A stretch of 64,000 nt of DNA, from the NCBI GenBank assembly GCA_963832745.1, contig CAWHVC010000001.1, positions 320,001 to 384,000 of the forward strand, read 5' to 3'. Below, piece after piece: positions 19,652-29,402 of this stretch. Below the pieces are notes generated by a model. That model did no database searches. It had not been told where the DNA came from and saw nothing but the letters and a program-made list of their open reading frames with translations. Numbering within the stretch: the first letter of the stretch is position 1; every line of letters begins with the position of its first letter. Source of the stretch: Candidatus Bathyarchaeota archaeon (GTDB lineage: Archaea; Thermoproteota; Bathyarchaeia; Bathyarchaeales; Bathycorpusculaceae). The position numbers and the translations under genes were made by a program.

Positions 19652-19741
19652 GTCTATTTGTGGCCTATTAGAGACTATATGCAAATCCCTAAGAGGGGTA
19701 GGTCCGTATTGGTTGAAAATTCTCTCATTAGTATGTTGAAA
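19652..19741 (+). repeat. Dispersed intergenic repeat, copy A
   Basis: GTCTATTTGTGGCCTATT-N8-ATGCAAATCCCTAAGAGGGGTAGGT...TGGTTGAA...CATTAGTATGTTGAAA; aligns with copies B, C and D. Confidence 0.7.
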
Positions 19742-20080
19742 TTCAGTGCTAATTTGCTTATGGGTTTAATGTGTTTATTTTAAGGGTGTTTTAACGCCAA
19801 AATTGTTTAAAGGACACGTTTTGCTGCTGTTTTAGCTGTTGGAGCGTGAGAAATGCCTTAACCCCAAACAAATGGGCCATGCCAGTGCCCGAATGCATAG
19901 CGCTATTCAACGCTTTTCGCTTCTGTTCCACTAACCTTTTTTGAATTAAATTACCATTTTACAACTTTTATTGACGCTTGCCGACTTTATTTGACGCGCT
20001 CAGCAACCCTTAAGGCGCTAATTAAAAAAAACAACCCAAAACAAACACATCAATAAACAAGACAGAAGAAAAAAATCGGG

Positions 20081-20599
20081 TTAAACGATGTATCTGTCAC
20101 AGCCTTCAAAGTCTTTAACGATTTGCATGTTACCTTTAGGCGCAGCTGGCCCAACAAGAGTTCCTAACGGCAAATCTTTAAGCAGAACCCACGGCGATTT
20201 GCGTGCCAATACGGTTGCTTGATGCTCCTCACCGAAGCTTTTCTTGGCAACCTCAATAACTTGTTGCCGCACAGCCACTTCTGACATTTCACCAAGAGCA
20301 TGCAGATATTCATGCAACAAGAGGTTGTAGACGAGCGCATTAATAGTGGGTTTTGAAGGAATTTTTGTTTCAACAACATCAACGAGTGCCCGGTTTAAGA
20401 CAATGTTGTTTGTGCCGACTGGGTAATAAGCACCTAGCTGCAAGGGCAAATCATCCAAGAAAAGCATCATGTTACCACGACGTTTACGCATGGAATATTC
20501 TACTGTGCTTTTGACTATTTTCCATACTTCAGCGTAGGTTTTGGCGTTGTCTAATTCTTGCCGGAAATCTTCAGAAGCAGAGGGTTGATTTACATTCAA
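20081..20599 (-). CDS. Archaeal hypothetical protein with HExxH zincin-like motif
   Basis: LGAYYPVGTNNIVLN...LLLHEYLHALG. Confidence 0.75.
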   Translation of the reverse strand: MNVNQPSASEDFRQELDNAKTYAEVWKIVKSTVEYSMRKRRGNMMLFLDDLPLQLGAYYPVGTNNIVLNRALVDVVETKIPSKPTINALVYNLLLHEYLHALGEMSEVAVRQQVIEVAKKSFGEEHQATVLARKSPWVLLKDLPLGTLVGPAAPKGNMQIVKDFEGCDRYIV

Positions 20600-20727
20600 G
20601 AATAAGCACCTTAATTACAAATTATCGTAATTAGATGCCTTTAAACTTAACCAGTAAAAAACCAAAAAACAATACGTTGATAAACAACTTTTCCCTCAAA
20701 TACAGTTAGACTTTTTGGTGAATTTTT

Positions 20728-21165
20728 ATGGCAAGCAACATTCTTGTACGCGATGTTATGACAAAAAACCCGCGGGTAGTCCGTGAAGACACAAGCATCC
20801 GTGAGGTAATAGCAACTTTTAGCAAGTATGATATCAACTCAATTATTGTTGTTCAAAACGATAAACCCGAAAAACCAGTCGGTATACTTACCACCAGAGA
20901 CGCCTTAGTCCGCGGTTTCGAATATGGATTACCCGTTGGGTCAATAACCGCTCAAATGTTAGCAACAAGCCCCGTTGTCACAGTTAACGAGCAAGCAACC
21001 GTGGAAGAAGCCGCAGATATGATGAGCCGCAATAAAATAAAACATTTACCTGTAACCAGCAACAACAAGTTGATAGGCATAATTACAGACACAGACGTCA
21101 TGTTTGCTGTCCCCTCAATGCTATCAATGATGGAAGAAGTTTGCCACCAAACAATACCCGCTTAA
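20728..21165 (+). CDS. CBS-domain pair protein
   Basis: VRDVMTKNP, PVGILTTRD, IKHLPV...LIGIITDTD; SD GGTGA. Confidence 0.9.
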   Translation: MASNILVRDVMTKNPRVVREDTSIREVIATFSKYDINSIIVVQNDKPEKPVGILTTRDALVRGFEYGLPVGSITAQMLATSPVVTVNEQATVEEAADMMSRNKIKHLPVTSNNKLIGIITDTDVMFAVPSMLSMMEEVCHQTIPA

Positions 21166-22133
21166 ACTAAAACAGGTTGTTTATGAGCTAACAAGTCTTT
21201 AACCGTAACCAGCTTAACGTCAACACGGTAGTTAATTCTGCCCCTAACCACCGCTGCAGACGCTTCACCGCTAAAACTAAAAGCCACAAAAACACCCTGC
21301 TTCGCTTTAACCTGCATAAGTGAATTCAAAAACACGTCAATCTGCACTTTACCAACATCATCCGCTTGGCTTGCAACCACTGCAGAACCATCACCTGCAA
21401 AACCGTCAATTCCCTTTCGTGCATCCAAAACGGGCGCTTCAGTACCCCGTAAACATCCAAGAACCCAACGCTTAAACTCTGACGACGTAAACAACCGCAG
21501 TTTTTCTTCAGTTAACCGCCTTTTCCTCACCACAAAAACGCCTGCAACTGAAGCAGCAGCAACTACAGCAACACCAGCCACTGGAAGGATTATGTTTGCA
21601 AAGTCAAAACTGCCAACTGCTGCTTCTGAAATGTAGCCTGTTCCGTCACAATCGGGACAAACAATAAGGGAGCCTACGCCTGAACCGTTGCATACTGGGC
21701 AAGGGATTGGTTCAGCGGTTAAGTCAAGTTGGTGAGTGAAGTAGTTTTCGTCTTTTAAATTATTAAAAGTAAGAAGTATCAGGGTGTCGCTGTTGGCTTT
21801 TAAAAGTGTACGGTTGCTTGTTTCTGTTAGAACATTTTTTTGCGTATTAATGGAAGCGGTAGCAGTGGCATAAACGTCGACGGCTTCGTTATTATGATAA
21901 CTTCGGGAAACGTTAGTTTGTGTTGGGCTTGCACCGACCTGAAGGAGCCCATAGGTTATATTCGCCTGTACTTCTCCAGACCCACCGCATCTAATGCAAT
22001 ATTGGCTAGTGATTTGTCCTGTTCCATGGCACCTGGGACATTCAACAGACGCCGCAACAACCCATGCAAAAACGGATAAAACAACCAGTACAGTTACAGC
22101 TAAAAAAACTATTTTGTGGCTAAACATTTGCAT
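21162..22133 (-). CDS. Signal peptide + DnaJ-type zinc finger + TM + degenerate Mrr-like nuclease domain
   Basis: Four CxxCxGxG repeats; TM IILPVAGVAVVAAASVAGVFVV-RKRR; C-terminal EF..W...GIDG...VG...GVFVAFSFS...KLVTVKDLL. Confidence 0.75.
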   Translation of the reverse strand: MQMFSHKIVFLAVTVLVVLSVFAWVVAASVECPRCHGTGQITSQYCIRCGGSGEVQANITYGLLQVGASPTQTNVSRSYHNNEAVDVYATATASINTQKNVLTETSNRTLLKANSDTLILLTFNNLKDENYFTHQLDLTAEPIPCPVCNGSGVGSLIVCPDCDGTGYISEAAVGSFDFANIILPVAGVAVVAAASVAGVFVVRKRRLTEEKLRLFTSSEFKRWVLGCLRGTEAPVLDARKGIDGFAGDGSAVVASQADDVGKVQIDVFLNSLMQVKAKQGVFVAFSFSGEASAAVVRGRINYRVDVKLVTVKDLLAHKQPVLV

Positions 22134-22258
22134 TTCAACACCAAACAGGCCATCTCAGCCTATTGACTTAATTGAAACAGTTTACATTTAAAACTTATCA
22201 AAAACCAAAAGCCACAGCTAACCATTAAAGCCTTGAAAAAAAGAAAACCAACAACCAA

Positions 22259-22441
22259 CTAAGCTTCTACAGGAGATTCACGTTTTTTGCCTGCTTCAAT
22301 AAGCTCTCGAACACGGCTTCCACCCTGCTTACCAATTTTTTTATAAAAATCTTTACCATGAGTCCTAGAAGTCTTCAGTCCACCACGACGCCCAGCATCA
22401 GAAACAGACATTTTTCCTTTAGCTTTTTCCTCTTTCGGCAT
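22259..22441 (-). CDS. KGG-motif general stress protein (GsiB/YciG-like)
   Basis: MSVSDAGRRGG...HGKDFYKKIGKQGG; strong SD GGAGGTG. Confidence 0.85.
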   Translation of the reverse strand: MPKEEKAKGKMSVSDAGRRGGLKTSRTHGKDFYKKIGKQGGSRVRELIEAGKKRESPVEA

Positions 22442-22635
22442 CTAAAAATCCACCTCCCTTACGGTTGGGAAAAGCAGCATTTGGTGTAAGCCAAATAACG
22501 CTCTTAAACTTATGTGGTTGATGTATACCAGTAACAGCCCTTAAAACTTGAACGGTTAAGCTTATAGAGCCCCAAAAAAACCGTCAACATAAAAACCTTA
22601 TACAATCATAAACCTAAATTTTAAAGGGGCAATTA

Positions 22636-23843
22636 TTGGAGAATCAAAAACCCAACGCCCAAGCTTTTTCTGCAAACCGGTCTGCCTTAGCAGTGCTTTT
22701 TCTGGTTGTCTTTCTTGACAATTTAGGTTTCGCCATAGTTGTGCCTTACCTTTACTTTTTTGTGGTCGCTTTAGGCGGCTCACCACTCCTTTATGGAGTT
22801 CTCCTCGCGTCCTACAGTCTAATGTCCCTAATTTTTACCCCATTCATAGCAAGCCTCAGTGACAGGTTTGGAAGAAGAAAAATCCTGCTATCAGCCCTTG
22901 TAGTATCCACAGTAGCCTACTTCATTTTTGGGTCAGCTCAATCCATCTGGCTATTGTTTGTTGGCAGGATGCTTTCAGGAACTACGGGAGCCACAGTGCC
23001 TGTTGCACAAGCTTACGTTGCAGACGTAACTTTGCCTAAACAAAGACTGCGTTACCTTGGACTTTTAGGCGCTGCCGCTGGGGTAGCCTTCATTTTAGGA
23101 CCAGCAATCGGCGGAACACTAAGCAGCCTCTTCAACTACGCTGTACCATCCTACTTGGCTTCAGCACTTGCGTTTTTAAACCTGATTGCAGCATTTTTCT
23201 TGCTCCCTGAACCCCCCAGCTTCACAATAAAAGAGCAGTGTTCTCATTTTCGGCACTCCTAAAAGTTATCAAAAAACGCCCCATCATGCTACTGCTGGCA
23301 ACCTATTTCTTGTTTTTTACGGCCTTCATTTTTTTGCAGTCAACACTTTCGCCTTGGCTGCAGACAGTTTTCGGTTACGGCGCCTTTCAAACTGGTTTAG
23401 TCTTCTTCTTCATTGGTGGAATCAGTTCCATATCACAAGCAGTATTGTTACCTTCTTTAAACAAAAAATTCAGCCAACACAACCTATTCCTTTTCAGCAT
23501 TTCTCTATTTGCTTTATCACTAACATTTTTGGCGTTTATTTCTAGTTTACCCACTTTTTTGGTTGCTATCAGCCTTGTTTCTTTTGCCTTCGGGAACCAG
23601 TTCGTCATAATTAACACTTTAATCTCCACCAGTACACCTAAGGAGGCTCAAGGCAGTGCTTTGGGAATTGCATGGACAGTCGCAGGTCTTGCACAAACAA
23701 TTACGCCGATTTTTGCCACAACCACATTTACCTTTGGCGTTTCGGCAGGGTTTGTTGGGTTAGTATTTGTTTTTCCAGCAGTGATTGCTATTTTAACGGT
23801 GCCTTTGGTTTTAAGTTTCCAAAAAACATCAAGTAACAGTTGA
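22636..23843 (+). pseudogene. TetA/DHA1-family MFS transporter split into two 6-TM ORFs by a frameshift near 23230
   Basis: Motif A (SLSDRFGRRK) and motif C (GPAIGG) in the first ORF; TM7-12 in 23238..23843; one extra A in the 23229-23232 run joins the two. Confidence 0.8.
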
Positions 23844-23882
23844 TAAAGAAAATTCAGGCTTAGCAAAAACTGCTACAGCTTT

Positions 23883-23945
23883 TTTCAACATATTAATGGT
23901 TTGAAATTCAACCATTAGCACCTACCCCTCTTAGTGTTTCGGCAT
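23883..23945 (-). repeat. Dispersed intergenic repeat, copy B
   Basis: Reverse complement ATGCCGAAACACTAAGAGGGGTAGGTGCTAATGGTTGAATTTCAAACCATTAATATGTTGAAA; 15-nt exact core shared with copy A. Confidence 0.7.
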
Positions 23946-24277
23946 TTATCAACATCAAAAATCATGAAACAGATGATCTTTCAAAAAGACTGTCAATAAA
24001 ATCCAGCGGTTCAAACTCAGCCAATCTACAAGTCTTAACTGGGTCTTAAAGCATCATTAAAGGGTGTTGTCAAGGCTTACACTTTCTAAATTATCCCGAG
24101 TAAGATCTTTGGAAATGATTGATTTTGAGGCAACTGAAATTCTTTAAAAATTCATGGTTAAGCAAAGGCTAACGTGTAAGAGGATTTTGGGCAAGAAAAG
24201 TAGCTTGATTTAGGGTTTCCCTGAATTAAAAAACTAAAAAAATAACATTCATTAATCATTGTTACTAGAATGTAATT

Positions 24278-24547
24278 GTGAGTTTTTTGGAATTCATTAA
24301 AGGCGTTATTGATTCTGATGCAAGATTTGGTATAGCAGTGATTCGACCAAATAGTGCAAACAAAAAATGTCGCATACGCCGAATGAGAATCGAATACTTC
24401 CTTACTAACTACGCTATTTTTCTTGTTACTCCACAGCCCTGCATGAAATGCAATAAAATCGAAACCTGCGAAGACGATTTCATTCTTCAAATAATAGAAA
24501 AATTCAATGAAAACAACAAAAACAATGAACAGTACTTTCTCTTCTAA
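24278..24547 (+). CDS. Hypothetical protein or gene fragment with CxxC
   Basis: AT-rich ORF containing PCMKC; no recognisable family. Confidence 0.3.
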   Translation: MSFLEFIKGVIDSDARFGIAVIRPNSANKKCRIRRMRIEYFLTNYAIFLVTPQPCMKCNKIETCEDDFILQIIEKFNENNKNNEQYFLF

Positions 24548-24629
24548 AACCTTTTTTTCGAACAGGGTCTAGTTTTAAGCAAAAACTTTTAGGCACCAAC
24601 AGACTTTACTCTAAAAATAGGCGAACGAG

Positions 24630-26561
24630 TTGTCGAAAAACCTGTCATGCATGTTCTTAATCGTCATTCTTTTAGGCGGATTAACAGTATTCACTACAGC
24701 CTTAAATGTTAACGCACAAAACAGCGAAGCTTATGGCCCAATGTCCTTTGGCGCCACAAACTATGGCGGAGAAAAAGACGATTATGCATACAGCATCCAA
24801 CAAACAAGCGACATAGGCTTAATTATGTCTGGACAAACACGGTCTTCAGGCGCAGGCGGTTCAGACTTGTGGCTCGTTAAAACAGGCATAACCCCATACT
24901 ACTTGGATGGCGTTCAAAAAGGAGTTTTTCAGGGCGAAAAATGGGAGGTAACATTTGGCGGACCTGCAGACGACGTCGCATATTGCGGTATTCAAACTGC
25001 TGAGGGCGGTTTTGCAGCTGTGGGATTTACGGCATCTTTTGGCGCTGGCGGATTAGACGTGTACATGGTTAAAACAGACGCATCAGGCAAGTTGCAGTGG
25101 AATAAAACTTTCGGAGGAACACAAGACGACTGTGCCTATTGCATAATTCAAACAGATGACGGCGGATTTCTACTTTCAGGCTACACTAATTCGGGTGGTC
25201 ACAAAAGTGCTTGGATAATTAAAACTGACATGTACGGCAATAAAATGTGGGATAAAATTCTTCAAGGAACATCAGTGAACTCAGCCATAAGCACCCAAGA
25301 TGGATATGCTTTAGCTGTTGAAAACCAAAATTCGTTTAGATTAATCAAGGTTGACTTGATGGGTGATACTGTTTTTGATAAAGTTTACTTAGTGGATAAT
25401 AAAGCTTCGACGCAAGGCATAGTTCAAGCAAATGATGGCGGCTACGCGCTTGCAGGTTGGGTAAATAGCGGTAAGGCAGGCATAGATGACGGGTTACTAG
25501 TTAAAACTGACGTTAATGGTGAAAAGCAGTGGAGCCAAACATACCACGGTTTAGGTTGCTACGCTATGGTTAAGGCATCAAATGGCGGTTACGCTTTAAC
25601 CGGTGACAGAGCATTCTTGTTAATTACTGACGCCAATGGAAACGTGCAATGGAACCAAAAATATGACTGCCAAAGCGATGATGACGTCCGCTGCTTTACC
25701 CGTATGCAATCAATCATTGAAGCAACCCCAGACCATTTTGTTATGGCAGGTGGCTATAACGCTGGTTCTAACGGTAACATGCAACTTCAATGGATTCAGG
25801 TTACTCTTAAATCTGGCCAAAAACTGGTTCCCCCTGAAACTGTGATTATTCAGCCAGAAAACAAGACATATACGGTAAGGGAGGTGCCGCTTACTTTTTA
25901 CGTTAATGAACCAACACGTTTCTTAGGTGCTTGCTTAAACGGATTCAACTTCACTATCGAAGGCAACACGACCCTCAAAAACTTGTCAAACGGGCATTAC
26001 AACATAGCAGTTTTAGTCACAGACACGGACCTTAACCATGCTGTTTCCCAAACGGTTAGCTTCACCGTTGACAGCAGTGAACCCTACGTGGAACCGAAAG
26101 TAAGTATACAATCGCCTACAAATCAAACTTATAATAACACGTCTCCAATCATTTTGGACTTTACTGTTGACCAACAAGCATACTGGGCGGTCTACAGCAT
26201 AGACGGACAAGATAACAAGACAGCTTATCCACACATGGGACTTTCACTTAACGGTGGTGTCCACACGCTAACGGTTTATGCGGGCGGTATTGCAGGCGGA
26301 CCAGCAGGATACGACACTGTAACATTAAACGTGACAGGTTACTCATGGGACTACGGTTTTAGTTATCCAACTTCAAGTAACCAATATAGTGCAGCAGTAA
26401 ACCAAATAATTCAAGCCACGGTGCAAGCGGCAACATCCGAAGAGTTTCTGATAATTGCCACAGCATTTTTAGCGTTTACAGTCGGAGTAGTAATAGTTTT
26501 ATTGGTCGTGTTAACCAAAAAAGGGTCAAAACAAAACAAGAATAACAGATTGATTCGTTAA
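24630..26561 (+). CDS. Cell-surface protein: beta-propeller-like repeats + Ig-like domains + C-terminal TM
   Basis: Signal peptide; repeated W..TFGG..DD.A...IQT.DGG...G; two P.N.TY Ig-like units; TM followed by a basic tail. Confidence 0.85.
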   Translation: MSKNLSCMFLIVILLGGLTVFTTALNVNAQNSEAYGPMSFGATNYGGEKDDYAYSIQQTSDIGLIMSGQTRSSGAGGSDLWLVKTGITPYYLDGVQKGVFQGEKWEVTFGGPADDVAYCGIQTAEGGFAAVGFTASFGAGGLDVYMVKTDASGKLQWNKTFGGTQDDCAYCIIQTDDGGFLLSGYTNSGGHKSAWIIKTDMYGNKMWDKILQGTSVNSAISTQDGYALAVENQNSFRLIKVDLMGDTVFDKVYLVDNKASTQGIVQANDGGYALAGWVNSGKAGIDDGLLVKTDVNGEKQWSQTYHGLGCYAMVKASNGGYALTGDRAFLLITDANGNVQWNQKYDCQSDDDVRCFTRMQSIIEATPDHFVMAGGYNAGSNGNMQLQWIQVTLKSGQKLVPPETVIIQPENKTYTVREVPLTFYVNEPTRFLGACLNGFNFTIEGNTTLKNLSNGHYNIAVLVTDTDLNHAVSQTVSFTVDSSEPYVEPKVSIQSPTNQTYNNTSPIILDFTVDQQAYWAVYSIDGQDNKTAYPHMGLSLNGGVHTLTVYAGGIAGGPAGYDTVTLNVTGYSWDYGFSYPTSSNQYSAAVNQIIQATVQAATSEEFLIIATAFLAFTVGVVIVLLVVLTKKGSKQNKNNRLIR

Positions 26562-26618
26562 TCAAACAATTTTTGTGCCCCAATTTTTGGGTCAATCAAG
26601 CTTTTTGTATTTTACGGT

Positions 26619-27269
26619 TTAAATGTTTTGAAGGTATTTTATTAGCTTTTCAAATTCACCTGTTTTTTTCATTTGTCCATTTTGAAGCATTTCTTCTATA
26701 TTTGACTTTATGTAGAGACCTCCTGGAGGATACAGTTGACGGGCAACTAAAGTGAAAACTTTACAGTTCGCTTTTCCAATAGCCTCTTCTTTAAAGCGCC
26801 ATTTGTAAGGACCCTTCGGCGGAAGCAAAGTTTCAGAAAGAACAAGAACAACAAAATTTTTGACGTTTGTAAGTGCTTCAACCTCATTAAATTTTAACCG
26901 CAGAGACTTGTTAAGGTCTTCCCGTTTGTCATTTTCCAGAAGCCGCCCGGGAACCGCGTTATTTTTGACATCTACCACTACTTTTACATTGTCAGATGGG
27001 TAGACATTTTGATTAGGATCTACACCATTTTTTAGAAGGAGCAAGTCAGTTTTTATTTTTGAGCCTTCAATTGTTACGTCAGGGTTTAGTGTAAGGTTTA
27101 GTTTTCTTTTTAGGAGATGGTTGCGCAGTATAATTACAGTTGCAGGTCCAGATTTCTCTCGAGCGGTTTTGTCAGTTTTTTGTTTTTCAAATTCTTCACT
27201 GACCTCAAGTAGCATCTGATATTCTTCGTCATTGTTTGTTAGTAATGGTTTGGTTGAGTAATTGGTCAT
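26619..27269 (-). CDS. Putative PD-(D/E)xK nuclease
   Basis: KTDLLLL...VVVDVKN; basic, AT-rich gene just downstream of tRNA-Ser. Confidence 0.55.
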   Translation of the reverse strand: MTNYSTKPLLTNNDEEYQMLLEVSEEFEKQKTDKTAREKSGPATVIILRNHLLKRKLNLTLNPDVTIEGSKIKTDLLLLKNGVDPNQNVYPSDNVKVVVDVKNNAVPGRLLENDKREDLNKSLRLKFNEVEALTNVKNFVVLVLSETLLPPKGPYKWRFKEEAIGKANCKVFTLVARQLYPPGGLYIKSNIEEMLQNGQMKKTGEFEKLIKYLQNI

Positions 27270-27446
27270 TTTTGTTGTCCTTCGAGTTTTTTAAAATATG
27301 AATATGTTTTAAAAGATTTTTCAGTATTTTTCTGCTTTTAAAAATTAAAAAATAAGAATAATATTTGACAATGGGATGTTGGTTCGTACTGCTCGTTGTT
27401 TTAATAGTTGTTCAGGTTTTTTGTAGTCGCCTCTAAAAGTTGAAAA

Positions 27447-27533
27447 TGGCGCGGGATGTGGGAATTGAACCCACGCGGCCTTTCGACCACAGACTTAGCA
27501 GGCCTGCCCCATACCAGGCTTGGGGAATCCCGC
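27447..27533 (-). tRNA. tRNA-Ser(GCT), CCA encoded
   Basis: Acceptor GCGGGAT/ATCCCGC; anticodon arm CAGGC-CTGCTAA-GTCTG; long variable arm GGTC-GAAA-GGCC; T-loop TTCAATT. Confidence 0.97.
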
Positions 27534-27740
27534 ACGCGCTAAACTGCCTGCATAACTGGTTTTAGCCAAACATATTACTGTAGCCAAATTAAACCTTTCT
27601 GACAAACAAAGCATGTAAGCTTCACTAAAACGATAACGTTCTAACCATTTTAAGTTTATCCAGACAAAAAATGCAAATGTCTTTGTTCTAAAAAAGTAAG
27701 CATTTAAAAAAAACACGCTCACATAATATTTGATGTTTGG

Positions 27741-27959
27741 ATGAGTCTTAGCGGCGCTTACAAAGACTTTATGCTTTTAGGCTTAATGGTAGGTATACCT
27801 ATTTTGGCTGTAATAGTATTTTACCAATACTTAACAACCAACCAAACAGAATACTTCTACATGGGCATAGCAATTATTTTTTTCATGGTTTTAGGCGTTA
27901 CAGCAAGATACTTTTTCCTATTTGATTACGTCAAAACATTGTTTGACAAATGGCGTTAA
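27741..27959 (+). CDS. Small 2-TM membrane protein
   Basis: 72 aa with two hydrophobic segments. Confidence 0.6.
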   Translation: MSLSGAYKDFMLLGLMVGIPILAVIVFYQYLTTNQTEYFYMGIAIIFFMVLGVTARYFFLFDYVKTLFDKWR

Positions 27960-28738
27960 CCAACATTTTTTGGTTTATGCAGTCTCAAAAAAGCTGCAAT
28001 CATCAATGTGTTTAAGCAAACAGCTACAACAATTGGAACCATTGTCGAAGGAAATTCTGGCGCTACAGGATCCGAAAGCGTTGTCTCTACCACGGGCAAT
28101 GTAACACCGCTATTTGTGCCTGCTGAATCAAAAAAGATTGAAGCTTCAAAGCCTTCTACTGTTGCGCCAAACCCAACTGCAAAACCTATAGAGTGCCCTT
28201 TCTTGAAAACGTAATCTACTGGAACGTTGAGCGTGTACTGGGTTGGGTCTTTGGTGAAGGGGTTTCTGGCGATAGCTATTGGACCTTCGGTGACAAAATC
28301 TATTATTTCTTTGTTGTTTTCGTCTATTTCTACAACTCCAAACCCGTAGCTTCCTCCGCTAAAAAGGCTGGTAAGCTCAAACGTGCTGCTAATGTAAGCG
28401 GTGATAGTTACGGTGCCTTTAACATGTAGGTCGCTTTGTAGGGGTTTTGCCCATATAGCTACAGCGCTGTAGTAGCTCCAACCATCACGAGTACCCGTAA
28501 TTTGGGATTGCAAAGTAACTTGTGAACCAGTTCCAGTAGGAACAACATCGTTTGCTCCGTCGTAAGCTACAAAGGAGCCGTTGTTGTCCTTCTGAATCAC
28601 TTGATGATTGTGGAAGTATAACGTTTGAGTTACGGTTTTTGTTTGAGCTTCACAGAGAGACGGTTGAGTTATGATTAGGCTGCCTAAAGATAAAATAATT
28701 AGCAGAAAAAGGGCAGTGTACCCCTTAATGTGCTTCAA
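27956..28738 (-). CDS. Secreted beta-rich protein with PEF-type C-terminal sorting signal
   Basis: Signal peptide; APEFPS + TM + basic tail. Confidence 0.8.
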   Translation of the reverse strand: MKHIKGYTALFLLIILSLGSLIITQPSLCEAQTKTVTQTLYFHNHQVIQKDNNGSFVAYDGANDVVPTGTGSQVTLQSQITGTRDGWSYYSAVAIWAKPLQSDLHVKGTVTITAYISSTFELTSLFSGGSYGFGVVEIDENNKEIIDFVTEGPIAIARNPFTKDPTQYTLNVPVDYVFKKGHSIGFAVGFGATVEGFEASIFFDSAGTNSGVTLPVVETTLSDPVAPEFPSTMVPIVVAVCLNTLMIAAFLRLHKPKNVG

Positions 28739-29402
28739 TTTTTTCCGGCTCCGCAGAAGTTAAATTTAACGCATTAGCAATTCGTTCTTTGTTGCCTGCA
28801 AAAGTAGAAATGTAAGCACCCAACTGATGCAGCATAATTGGCGCGATAATGCTTCCAGACAGTAAGAAACTAATTGAAGCCACTGAGTCCTCATAGGCAA
28901 GGCCTTTTGCAATAAAGTTCATGCCACCAAACATGCGTTCGCCATTTTTTTCTTTTGGAAACAACATGTGTGCACCAACGTGAGTAGCCCACCGTGCAAC
29001 CATGGCAGGAATAACGTTGAACGGAAATGGGATACCTATCATTGTAAAACCAACCAAGAAAAGAGGCAAAACTACGCCGCTCCAATGAGTTTCCGCAATT
29101 ATGCCGTCATCGCAACCGCGAAGTGAGGTGCTCCAGAAGTGCTCAAATTCTTCACGTGTTTTGATGTAGCTTAATCCTTTAATGTATAAACCATATGAAA
29201 GGCGAGTGCGGGCTAAAAGAGTTGTAACAGCCAATACCAGCGAGCCCACAAGCAACCCCATTAAGGCTGTGTCAAGCGTGAAACCCATTTGTTCAGCTGT
29301 TAAAACGCCAAACACAAGTGGCGACAACAGAATAGCAAAGCCTACCTGCCAAGAAAGGTAAATTACCGCAAAGACACGCCATTTACCTTTCGGAAACCTC
29401 AT
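28725..29402 (-). CDS. Membrane protein, divergent CPBP (Abi/CAAX-II) intramembrane protease-like
   Basis: GIIAETHWSG, WATHVGAH and APIMLHQLG fall where the CPBP motifs EExxxRG, FxxxH and HxxxN are expected; overlaps both neighbours. Confidence 0.5.
   Translation of the reverse strand: MRFPKGKWRVFAVIYLSWQVGFAILLSPLVFGVLTAEQMGFTLDTALMGLLVGSLVLAVTTLLARTRLSYGLYIKGLSYIKTREEFEHFWSTSLRGCDDGIIAETHWSGVVLPLFLVGFTMIGIPFPFNVIPAMVARWATHVGAHMLFPKEKNGERMFGGMNFIAKGLAYEDSVASISFLLSGSIIAPIMLHQLGAYISTFAGNKERIANALNLTSAEPEKIEAH

Noticed and set aside
19550-19783. 77-aa ORF across repeat copy A
   Set aside because: It overlaps a non-coding repeat, shows no protein-like pattern and has no SD.
27495-27722. 75-aa ORF
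   Set aside because: It overlaps tRNA-Ser and its promoter.
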